Source of the DNA: Amphiscolops sp. MND2022
Taxonomy: Eukaryota
DNA: 64,000 nucleotides
NCBI GenBank assembly: GCA_964187785.1
Contig: OZ076409.1
Location: 13,704,001 to 13,768,000 of the forward strand
Direction: 5' to 3'
Position 1 is the stretch's first letter. Every line of letters begins with the position of its first letter. Below are positions 25,301-37,300 of the stretch, one piece after another. Both the position numbers and the translations under genes were made by a program. The notes beneath the pieces were generated by a model that was given only the letters and a program-made list of their open reading frames with translations, ran no database searches and was not told where the DNA came from.

Positions 25301-28300
25301 TCAAGAGTATCTCATCCATTTTGATGACTTTCTGTTGCCTTGCAACATTCCAACCCAAATTGTCAAGCCTTTGACAGTTATCAAACACCTTGTTTCTACG
25401 CCGCTAGATGATAAAGATACGTCACATTATACAGCCTTGTATAAACAGTCCTACTCTTATAATGAACTTTTGTTTATAGCTGCAAAAGTCATTTCTTACA
25501 TGGTTCGCGCTGAACAAAGTCTCGAAATTCAAACTGAACACCAACGCCAAAATAAAACTCGTAAAACTCCTCCACCATCTCCTATAAAACAAACTACCAG
25601 CGAAAAACTCGCCACTATCCTCAATAATCGTACTCTGAAAAATCTAACCCAAATGTTGGATCCATATAAACGAAACTCTTCAGATTCTCCAATCACTACT
25701 CTTAACCATCTCATTCATTGCCATAACCGAACCTCACAACTCCTTCAAACTCTAGATCTCGATTCGCAACGTATCACACAATCCTCTCAAGCAATTCAAT
25801 CGGCGCTTGAATCTATGAATACTCTTTTTAATACTCTTAATATCAACTAAATCATCTCTCAGGTAATACAAATTTCTTTAATTTTCCCACAATATTGGAC
25901 ATTTTTGGACACCTTTTTCTGTTGTACACTTTCATTCCCAAATACAGGTAACATTCTTCATTTATTTTCACACATTTTTAGTACAAAAACTCTCCTTTTA
26001 TTATTTTACTTGGTCTCTCTACTATGGCATTCTTTAAAAATCTCTTTTGCAAAAACCTAACTACTATCCATAATATAGCACCAACGTATATTACAAATTC
26101 TAGCACCCAATTATAGAACAAAGAAATTTTTGATCAGTATCTCCAAAACTCAGACTCCTTTTGTTTTAGAAACTTCTCTTCTTCCTCCTGTTGGACCTCG
26201 TTCCACTTCCGCAACATCCAAATTTTATCAGGATTTAACTGTTCATTCTTATCCAAATGGCTCCGACCCAGCAATCTGAAATAAAAAAACTTGTTCAGTC
26301 CACAGAATCTAAGGTCCACAGTCTTAAGGCTGCAATTTTTCACACGATGGCATACAAAATGTCACTGGAGATAAACAAAGGCGATATTACTCTCCCCACC
26401 CGCCGCTCCTTTCTCAAGGTCTTATACAACGTTTGCCAAATTCGCAAGAAGGATATAACTTTCGAACAATATTACCGTATCCATGTCCATGGCCCGAAAA
26501 TTGCCATTTGTGAAATAACTTCCGATACAGTATTTGTCTTGAATTCTGCCTTCACTGCGAAGGACAACTATTTTCGCGTCGCCATCGATGAGGCCATCGA
26601 TGCATTCAATGCCGTTCTTTTGGACTTTGGGTACACCCAACAACTCCAAAAATACGACCCAACAACCCATCAAGTCCACCCGCAGCCCAAACACCCGTTC
26701 TGGCCAAAACCTCATACGTCAAACAAATCAACTTAATCAACTCTTACTCACCTCCACTTCTTCAAACTCCTGCTTCTCGATGACTTCACTTTCTCCAATT
26801 GCTGCTTCTTGATGACTTCACTTTCTCCAATTGCTGCTTCTCGATGACTTCACTTTCTCCAATTGCTGCTCCTCGATGACTTCACCTTCTCCAATTGCTG
26901 CTTCTCGATGACTTCACTTCCTCCATGTTCTAGATGACTTCACTTCCTCCAATTGCTACTTCTACATGACTCCACTTTTCTCAACTGCTTCTTCTTGAAG
27001 ACTTCCTTTTCAAACTTGTATTCGTATTTAATGAATTTTAACGAATCATTAACCTATTTACGTCTATTTAACCTCTCTATACTCAACCATGATTCTAATC
27101 ATTTAATAATAATCATTGTATAGTTCCTATTACTTTAGTTTAGTTACAATATTGGATGTAAAATCTATAATCACGTATAATCTTCTAATATTCATTAGTG
27201 CTTAATGTGTAAAATACAACAATTCATCCTATATTACTGAACCTCATCATATATTCTCCAATATTTAACACAATATATTCTTGAGTTCTTTCCTTTTTTA
27301 CAGTACAAGATCTCTTCTTATTGTACGACTGTTTTACTCTAAGAATTTGAACTGAAAATTTGAAGTTTGATTCCTTTTTTTGATCGTTCAATATGTCTCT
27401 AACTTTGAATGAAAAATGAACTCAACCTTTGCAACTTTTAGACTTCTTCACACTTTGTTCACAACCCGCCAATGTTTGTTCACACCTCATTGACAACTTC
27501 AACTATCGTTCTTCAATACCAAAAAGTTTTCATTTTGACTGCTCTTTTGAAGAACACCGAGAAAATTTTTAACAAAGCCGATGGAGCTTTTCACAAACAA
27601 TATATAAAATAAGTTGTCAATCAATAACTCGAACTCCAAATGTCACATCCATAGATTGACAGAACGTTGCACCAATGTGAACCGTCATACGATTAAGAAG
27701 TTCTAACCGTCCTAGGTTGTTCTCACTCCTTAAGTATGGTACTCTTATATCACATGAAACACCCAACACCTATAATACAAAAAACATTCAACACCTCTAA
27801 TGTAAAGTACAAAACCCAAAACCCTCAGCACACTTGGATATATTTTTCAAAACCCGGTCGATTGTGACGTCATGATGCATGACATCAAGAATTTTATATT
27901 TGCTAAACTTCGTGACCTAATAGCATGACAGATGTCATTCTAATCAGAAGTTAATACTTCATTATCAAAATGCTAATATTTCATTATAAATGTAATCCCT
28001 CCAAACTTCATCCTATAATGATTTGAAGTCTATTTAATCTTATTATTGATTGATGTACTAACTAATTCTGTATAATCAGAGTAACTCGAATGTTGTAATC
28101 AACCAGTACTCTCATCTTGAAGAGAAAGTAAATCTGAGATCTCAGTCTAAGTAGTACTCCTCAGTTCAGTGAAAGTATAGCTAGCTAGACGGTATTCTGT
28201 TAAGACTTAGAAAAGAACTTCTTATGTACTTCTTAAATGAAATAACATCTAACGTAAGACAAGTCTTAAACAGCTCAATATTTTCTTTAGTCCGAGAAGA

Positions 28301-31300
28301 ATTAAAGGCGGTGTAAACTTGTACAGTGATTACATGTAATTGTGCGCTAAATAATGATTGAACAGGAGTTTATTGATATTCCAGAAATGACTTTATTATT
28401 GAAAATAAAAAAGGAGTGTAGCGAACATTCTACGTCTGATTGGAAAATTGTTTTGAATAACCGGCTTTTTACCATTGTCAACTTCCATAGGGGATAAGTT
28501 CTCTCAGTTTGAAAAATTGTTGATTATTTCCTGCATTTTAGCTTTTCAAATGTCTTTAACTCTCAAAATGGCTTATTTCAGTATACTTCCATAGGGGATA
28601 AGTTCTTTCGGTTTGAAAAATTGTTGATTATGTCCAGCATTTTAGTTTTTTATTTGCCTTAGTCTCAAAATGGCTTACTTTAAGTGTACTTCCATAGGGA
28701 ATAAGTTCTGTCGGTTTGAAAAATTGTTGATTATTTCCAGCATTTTAACTTTTCAATTGTCTTTAACTCTCAAAATGGCTTACTTTAGTGTACTTCCATA
28801 GGGGATAAGTTCTGTTGGTTTGAAAAATTGTTGATTATGTCCAGCATTTTGGTTTTTTATTTTTCTTTAACTCTCAAAATGGCTTACTTCAGTATACTTC
28901 CATAGGGGATAAGTTCTTTCGGTTTGAAAAATTGATTATGTCCAGCATTTTAGTTTTTTATTTGCCTTAGTCTCAAAATGGCTTACTTTAAGTGTACTTC
29001 CATAGGGAATAAGTTCTGTCGGTTTGAAAAATTGTTGATTATGTCCAACATTTTAGTTTTTTATTTGTCTTTAACTCTCAAAATCGTTTACTTTAGTGTA
29101 CTTCTATATGGAATAAGTTCTCTCGGTTTGAAAAATTGTTGATTATTTCCAGCATTTTAACTTTTCAATTGTCTTTAACTTTCAAAATGGCTTACTTTAG
29201 TGTACTTCCATAGGGGATAAGTTCTGTTGGTTTGAAAAATTGTTGATTATGTCCAGCATTTTGGTTTTTTATTTTTCTTTAATTCTCAAAATGACTCACT
29301 TTAGTGTAATTCCAAAGGTGATAAGTTCTGTCGTTTTTAAAAATTGTTGAATATTTCCAGCATTTTAACTTTTCAATTGTCTTTACCTCTCAAAATGGCT
29401 TACTTTAGTGCACTTCCATAGGGGATAAGTTCTCTCGGTTTGAAAAATTGTTGAATATGTCAAGCATTTTAGGTTTTTTTATTTGTCTTTAACTCTCAAA
29501 ATGGCTTACTTTAGTGTACTTCCATAGTGGATAAGTTCTCTCGGTTTGAAAAATTGGTAATTATTTCCTGCATTCTAGCTTTTCAAATGTCTTTAACTCT
29601 CAAAATGGCTTACTTCAGTATACTTCCATAGGGGATAAGTTCTGTCGGTTTGAAAAATTGGTGATTATGTCCAGCATTTTGGTTTTTTATTTTTCTTTAA
29701 CTCTCAAAATGACTCACTTTAGTGTAATTCCATAGGTGATAAGTTCTGTCGTTTCTAAAAATTGTTGAATATTTCCAGCATTTTAACTTTTCAATTGTCT
29801 TTAACTCTCAAAATGGCTTACTTTAGCGTACTTCCATAGAGGATAAATTCTCTCGGTTTGAAAAATTGTTGATTATTTCTAGCATTTTAACTTTTCAAAA
29901 GTCTTTAACTCAAAATGGCTTACTTCAGTAAACTTCCATAGGGCATAAGTTCTGTCGGTTTGAAAAATTGTTGTTTGGTCCAGCATTTTAGTTTTTTATT
30001 TGTCTTTAACTCAAAATGGCTTACTTTAGTGTACTTCTATATGGAATAAGTTCTGTCGGTTAAAAAATTGTTGATTATGTCAAGCATTTTAGGTTTTTAT
30101 TTGTCTTAACTCAAAATGGCTTACTTTAGTGTACTTCCACGGGAGATAAGTTCTCTCGGTTTGAAAAATTGTTGATTATTTTCAGCATTTTAACTTTTCA
30201 AATGTCTTTAACTCTCAAAATGGCTCATTTTATTGTACTTCCATAGGGGATGAGTTCTGTCGGTTTGAAAAATTGTTGATTATGTCCAGCAATTTAACTT
30301 TTCAAATGTCTTTTACTCTCAAAATGGTTTACTTCAGTATTCTTCCATAGGGGATAAGTCCTCTCGGTTTGAAAATTTGTTGATTATTTCCAGCATTTTA
30401 ACTTTTCAAATGTCTTTAACTCTCAAAATGGCTTATTTTAGTGTATTTACATAGGGGATAAGTTCTGTCGGTTTGAAAAATTGTTGATTATGTCCAGCAA
30501 TTTAACTTTTCAAATGTCTTCTACTCTCAAAATGGCTTACTTTAGTGTACTTCCATAGGGGATAAGTTCTTTCGGTTTGAAAAATTGTTGATTATTTCCA
30601 GCATTTTAACTTTTCAAATGTCTTTAACTCTCAAAATGGCCTATTTTAGTGTACTTCCATGGGGGATAAGTTCTGTCGGTTTGAAAAATTGTTGAATATG
30701 TCCAGCAATTTAACTTTTCAAATGTCTTTAACTCTCAAAATGGCTTACTTCAGTATACTTCCATAGGGGATAAGTTCTGTTGGTTTCAAAAATTGTTGAT
30801 TAGGTCCAGCATGTTAGTTTTTTTGGTTTTAACTCTCAAAATGGCTTACTTTAGTGTACTTCCATAGGGGATAAGTTCTCTCGGTTTGAAAAATTGATTA
30901 TTTCCAGCATTTTAACTTTTCAAATGTCTTTAACTCTCAAAATCGCTTACTTTAGTGTACTTCCATAGGGGATAAGTTCTCTCGGTTTGAAAAATTGTTG
31001 AATATGTCAAGCATTTCAGCTTTTCAAATGTCTTTAACTCAAAATGGTTTACTTCAGTATACTTCAATAGGGGATAAGTCCTCTCGGTTTGAAAATTTGT
31101 TGATTATTTCCAGCATTTTAACTTTTCAAATGTCTTTAACTCTCAAAATGGCTTATTTTAGTGTATTTACATAGGGGGTAAGTTCTGTCGGTTTGAAAAA
31201 TTGTTGATTATGTCCAGCAATTTAACTTTTCAAATGTCTTCTACTCTCAAAATGGCTTACTTTAGTGTACTTTCATAGGGGATAAGTTCTCTCGGTTTGA

Positions 31301-34300
31301 AAAATTGTTGATTATTTCCAGCATTTTAACTTTTCAAATGTCTTTAACTCTCAAAATGGCCTATTTTAGTGTACTTCCATGGGGGATAAGTTCTGTCGGT
31401 TTGAAAAATTGTTGAATATGTCCAGCAATTTAACTTTTCAAATGTCTTTAACTCTCAAAATGGCTTACTTCAGTATACTTCCATAGGGGATAAGTTCTGT
31501 TGGTTTCAAAAATTGTTGATTAGGTCCAGCGTTTTAGTTTTTTGGTTTTAACTCTCAAAATGGCTTACTTTAGTGTACTTCCATAGGGGATAAGTTCTCT
31601 CGGTTTGAAAAATTGATTATTTCCAGCATTTTAACTTTTCAAATGTCTTTAACTCTCAAAATCGCTTACTTTAGTGTACTTCCATAGGGGATAAGTTCTC
31701 TCGGTTTGAAAAATTGTTGAATATGTCAAGCATTTCAGCTTTTCAAATGTCTTTAACTCAAAATGGTTTACTTCAGTATACTTCCATAGGGGATAAGCTC
31801 TGTCGGTTTGAAAAATTGTTGAATATGTCCAGCATTTTGGTTTTTTGTTTTTAACTCTCAAAATGACTCACTTTAGTGTACTTCCATAGGTGATAAGTTC
31901 TGTCGTTTCTAAAAATTGTTGATTATTTCCAGCATTTCAACTTTTCAATTGTCTTTAACTCTCAGAATGGCTTACTTTAGTGTACTTCCATAGGGGATAA
32001 GTTCTGTCGGTTTGAAAAATAATTGATTATGTCCAGCATTTTAGTTTTTATTTGTTTTTAACTCAAAATGGCTTACTTTAGTGTACTTCCATGGGGGATA
32101 AGTTCTGAAAAATTGATTATATCCAGCATTTTAGTATTTTAAATGTCTAACTCTCCAAAGGTATTCGTTTCGAGTAATTTTCTAAGGGACCTGCTATGTT
32201 CGATTGAAAAAATATCGCTTATTTGCGGCATTTTGGTGAATAGTTTGTCTTTGTCTTATAAAATGGTTTTGTTTAGTATTTTTCAGTTTTTATTGATTAT
32301 TCTTTTGGTTCCTTGTGCAAATTTTGTCTTCCTCTGATTTGCTATTTGGTAATTTCACTACTCCCATGATGTAGACACAATTTACTGGGTAAGACGGGCC
32401 TAACCCAGCCTGCACAGTACGAGTGTCTACTGGGTTCTTAGTATTGGTTGACCTCTCTTGAAGCAGGTAGACCGTTACAGTTCTACTCTTCAAGAATCGG
32501 GTTGAGGTTAACCCTAGACTCCAGTAGACACTCAAAATCTCTTGCACAAGTACTGATTCGATTCGATTCCAATCTTCACTTTTCTTCCCTCTTCGATTTA
32601 AATACCTCTACACTGACTATATGGCGGTATCACATGTAAATTGTACAATTTCTCTACGTGGTATGGAATTACTGCAATATTGTTTTAATCAATTGTTCTT
32701 GAAATTAACTAGCTTGCTCCGTCATTATTTTTTACTTTTGCTGACTTCTCTTTTGTCTTGGAAATAGTTTTTCTGGCTAATGTTTTTTTGCTTCTGAAAG
32801 GGTATAAAAGCAGAAATAATCGTGTGCCCCGGAGGGGCCTATTTTTCACATCGCTTTTTCGCTGAAAAACTTTTTCATCAAACTATTAAATGTTTGAATT
32901 CAAGAATTTTGAAGAAGTTTTAAAATAATAACTTGATTCATTTTTTTCAACAAAATTGAATTTTTCATACTATGTGGGTTTTACCAGGGTAAAATAGAAA
33001 TTTCAGGAAACTCGGAGGGAATTTTGAATTTAAACAGTTTATTAGTTGGCTCTAATTTGAATCACTAATAAAATCGCTGAAAAATTATGCGCGGCCGCTA
33101 AATCGCTAATTGGCAGTGTCAACATTGGTGCAAAATTGGACTAAGTCCGCCTTTTCGTAAAATTCAAAAATTAGAAATTTTTTCGAGACATCTGCTTGGA
33201 ATTGGAAGATTTACTTCCGGCCATTTTTATAAATGATTTTATCCCGTTAAGTTATGTGTTAACAGAAGACGAACTTTTGAAATTTTTTGTAGTTGCAGTA
33301 GCATATGTGAGCTCCGAAGGGGTCGACGTTCATGGCCATGTGTGAAAGCGAAGTACTGATCATTCTTGCCCGAATGATTTTCAATCATTGGAAGTTTGTG
33401 TTTGATTCGAAATTTTGATTCAACACTAGCCAATTGGTGCTAACCAGTAACTGTTTGACTTAATTTTTCCAATGACCAATGAGTGTGATGATTACTGATG
33501 ACTTGGAAGTTTAATTCCAGGGACCAAGTTGATGAGAATGAATTGAGACACAGGACCACTGCGACTGGCACCGAATTCACCCCCAATGTAAGCGGGGGAG
33601 GGGGTCAGTCGGGATTCAAGTGGTATCCCAACGCCATCAAGCCACAACATTCTACCATCGGGAGCTCCATGAAACCTCCTGAGGTATGACAATGCCACTG
33701 GATGATAGTCATTCACTGTAATATATTTTGTCAATTTTTTGGTTTTTGAAGTTCCCAAACTTTTGAGACATTCACCGTCGAAATGTACTTTTTTTAGTCG
33801 GCGCTTCATGAAGTGAAACGCGACTGTAATAGTGACTTTTTTCAATCCCCGCGAACTGACCAAAGTAGTTCAAGCTCTACAAAATTTTAAGGGGGCCAAA
33901 TTGTACCATTTGGCCAATAGAACTGAACTTTTAATGTCTCCAAAGGGTCCATGCAATTCTTTGATATTTTGCAACAGAATGGATGTTGAAAAAGCCTAAA
34001 GGCCCACCTTTTTTTTACATTTTTGGGCATGAGACTTTCAAAATTCTCTTTCCGTTTTTTTTTAAAAGTTTTTAATGTCTCTAATAAAACTCGCCGAAAA
34101 TTCTCTGGCGGAAAATTTGTCGCATATACAGAAAATCTCAGCCAAATATTGTGCCAACTTTGTGATCGTACTATGTTATGAAGTTATAAAGTATTACACT
34201 GTAAACTATAGAAGTGCAACATTTCAAGCTATTATATAACTAAAAAAGGTTTCGCATGCCTTGTGAACGTACATTCAGTTAAATTTTTTAATTTAAAAAA

Positions 34301-37300
34301 CGGAAACTTTTGACATTTCAATTGAGTCGAAAGAGTTAACTTTTAATTTTGTGTTTCGTCTAGGATGAGCATATCCAAAAAGTGACCAAAAGTTTCTGCG
34401 ACTGGGTCGCTGAGCTGGGAGGCGAGTCCAACAACATTGACGAGTCCACTGTCACGGGCTTGTTCTCTGGGGGGTATGAGAGCAAACCTGCTTTATCAGG
34501 TCTGTTGATCATGTGCATCATTCGAATATGTTGATTTTGTTCTTATTGTTTCTTCATGAGTTGTAATGGATTGAAGAGTCACCAGGTTTGGAAAAAGTGT
34601 TTTTTTATTGAAGAAAAATACGTTTTACACGTTTAAAACCAATTAAAAACTGTTCGAAAGTTTTATTCGTTCAAAACACGGAGACAAAAAGCCAGTTTCG
34701 AAACTTCAATCCGGAGTCTGTTCCTAAGATCAAAATGAACAAAACACATGATTGAAAATACTTGCTCTAGACCCCAGCCACTGGGCGCTATGGCCAGTAG
34801 ATCTAGCGCGAACTCCGGAAGTGTAGGATATGCTCCCAAAATATTCTGGGATTTGATAAAATTGACGATCTATAATCTTAGATAGGATACATGTACTTCA
34901 GTCAAAATTAATACGTTGAAAGATTTAGTCCCGAAAATTTTTGTAAATTGATTTAATTCCGAAAACTCATGTACATTAACAAATTGAATTTTATTAGCCA
35001 ATTTTTACAAGTGCAGAAACAGTGAGCCCCAAAGGGTAAAATTTGGATGATTAAGGTTCTGTTGTGATTGCCGAACTTACTAATTCGTATGTAAGTTGAG
35101 TAAATAATTAAGTTGGGTTCAATTTTAGTTCCTATTCACGTTGTGGAGTTGACGAATGTTCCGCCCGAGCTGAGAATGAATTCCGCTGCCCCTGGAGTCA
35201 GCAGATCAGGAAGTTCAAAATCTGGTTACTCGGACTCGAAGCTTGTGAGTTAAAAAACGTTTTTTTTTACGAAAGCACCTGATGACTGCTGATAATGGAA
35301 TATTAGGCGGTTTTCCATTTCAGTTGAACCCTGGATACATCCACACCAAACCAGTGAAGCCTGTGAGATACGGTGCCTGGTATTTGAAACCGAAACAATG
35401 GAAAGCTCTGAAGCCTGGAGAAGTAAGTTGGTCCATGAGGTTTAATTATATTGTCTTGCAAATATTTAATTACGGCGAACCGAAACGTCAACCGTTAGAA
35501 GGCGAGAGTCCTTCGTTCAAAAGTCAACAACCACTGAAAACGACGCCAGGTTAGACATCAAAGCATACGGAATGTGAAAATTTTCAACCCTCTCGGGGGC
35601 TCATGTCCAAAAGAGATCAAAAAAGCATACAAGATTCACGAATGACAAAAAAATATGAACCGCGAATAGTCAATATCGAAAATAGTACCGTCAACCCTCT
35701 CGTTTTTGCAACCACTGGCGGGGCAGGACCTTCAGCGTCGAGTGATCTCAAGAATAGCGAGAAAACGTCCGAACCCTACACATGTGGATACGGCGTATAG
35801 CCGCTCGATAATAATGCGGAAACAATTTATAGCAGAAACTAATTGAATTCTCAATTGTGATTGGTTGACAGTGATCTTTAAATGATGAAACTATTATGTA
35901 ACTTTGCAACCGACGGTAGTCGTGATTTTTACCGAACAGGAGAGTCTACTTCAACTGGCCGACTGATCAACTGAACGAAAGCGCAACTGACCGACTGATT
36001 GAATGATGAAATTGAATTTGATTGGTTATTGGAAATACGAGACGGTTTCGGTAATTTCATCATCTTGTCGGAGAATTTGATTGGTTAATGGAAATACGAG
36101 ACGGTTTCGGAAATTTCATCATCTTGTCGGAAAATAAACAACGTTCGAAAAACGCGTCGAAAAATTCCATATCGGCGATTATTTTCAGGTTGTTATTTGA
36201 AGTGGTTAGCATATTTGTTGTATGGCTCGGTCGCTTCGCTCCCTTCGCCAAGTAGCAACATTGAGGCATGGCCGTATGGCACGTCGCTCCGCTTCGCTTC
36301 GCTCCTGCATTTAGGGCACTAGGAGTATGTGAACATATCTGACTACGTTATCGTAATTTTCTATTCACGCATTCGGCTAGTTGCACATTCTTCCAATTGA
36401 ACAGTCGGCCAGTTGCACGGTACCCCGAACAGGATTATAGCCGCTTGTGCTTTTAACCGAATCTACATGCCTTAACTTTAATTTTTCTGACTACATGTAA
36501 TTGTTACATAATAGTTACGGAATTGAAGCTTCTTAAGTGGTTTAGCTAATTACAATTGAGAATTCAATTCTATTCGGCTTTAATACTATTCGGCGTTAAT
36601 CTCGTTCGGCTATAGTCCATACCACCGCAACCGACTAGAGTAAATGAAAGTCAATGCATGCAAATTCTTCCATATTACCATTCTATATTATCGAGCGGCT
36701 AAATTCACGACTACCGCAGATGTTATTTACCGGTAGCGAGTAATTTTTAAACAATTTTGTTATACCTTCAGCTTACCTTTTCGACGAACCAATGAATTGT
36801 CTTGCAATGAAGTTGATTTTCATTACTGATGTTTGGTGTTTCCCAGGATATACCCGATCCTAATCAGAAAGAAGGAACTTTTTCGGATGCCAAGAAGAGG
36901 AGCGCTTCTTTGGACGCAGAGTTGGCTAACATGCACGGAGCTAAAGAGTTCATCAAGTTCATCAGACAGAAAGGAAACACTGTGCCCGATGTTAGTTGTT
37001 GTTAAAAATGGTCATTTTCATCATAACCAGTTTGATCGATATATAATTCTAGAGAACGTTGGTACTAGTTTTCAGGAATTCATTATTTCTGTGAAAAGTT
37101 GGTATTACTCACATAGCAATTTCATAAGCGATTAAAATTAGCAGCAACTACACTCCACACCGTTTATAACGATTACGTTTATAACGATATTCCGGTTATA
37201 GCGATAGAGTTTCACGGTCCCGGCCACGATGCTAGTATATAACATTTTCGCCTATAACGATATTCGGATAAAACGATTAAAAAACCCTGGGCAATCGCTA

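Larger units (their letters stand above)
10484..28277 (+). mobile_element. Full-length 17,794-bp Ty3/Gypsy LTR retroelement with envelope gene and accessory ORFs (endogenous retrovirus-like)
   Basis: Two 415-bp TG..CA LTRs; ATAT TSD at 10480-10483 and 28278-28281; PBS-like TGG two nt after the 5' LTR; gag-PR-RT-RH-IN order; downstream env-like ORF. Confidence 0.97.
10221..28410. repeat. Interspersed repeat (class uncertain, possibly rolling-circle type) split by the LTR insertion; related copies at ~8611-8810 and ~39820-41090
   Basis: The left flank GCGAAACTTCGTCTACGCTTAGTAG and right flank TTTCTTTAGTCCGAGAAGAATTAAAGGCGG are contiguous at 40941-41010. Confidence 0.75.

Noticed and set aside
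26134..26715. Antisense ORFs near the 3' end (HBZ-like idea)
   Set aside because: They are short, overlap ORF159, at least one starts at GTG, and nothing else supports them.
26771..27005. Tandem repeat as coding sequence
   Set aside because: The 32-bp period is not a multiple of three and the frames hit stops.
28481..32155. Possible CRISPR array
   Set aside because: The units are contiguous near-identical monomers with no unique spacers, there are no cas genes and the context is eukaryotic.
35560..35790. Fragment with PLVFATTGG motif resembling a retroelement endonuclease C-terminus
   Set aside because: It is too short and decayed to classify; it is intronic and not part of the FAM47-like gene.
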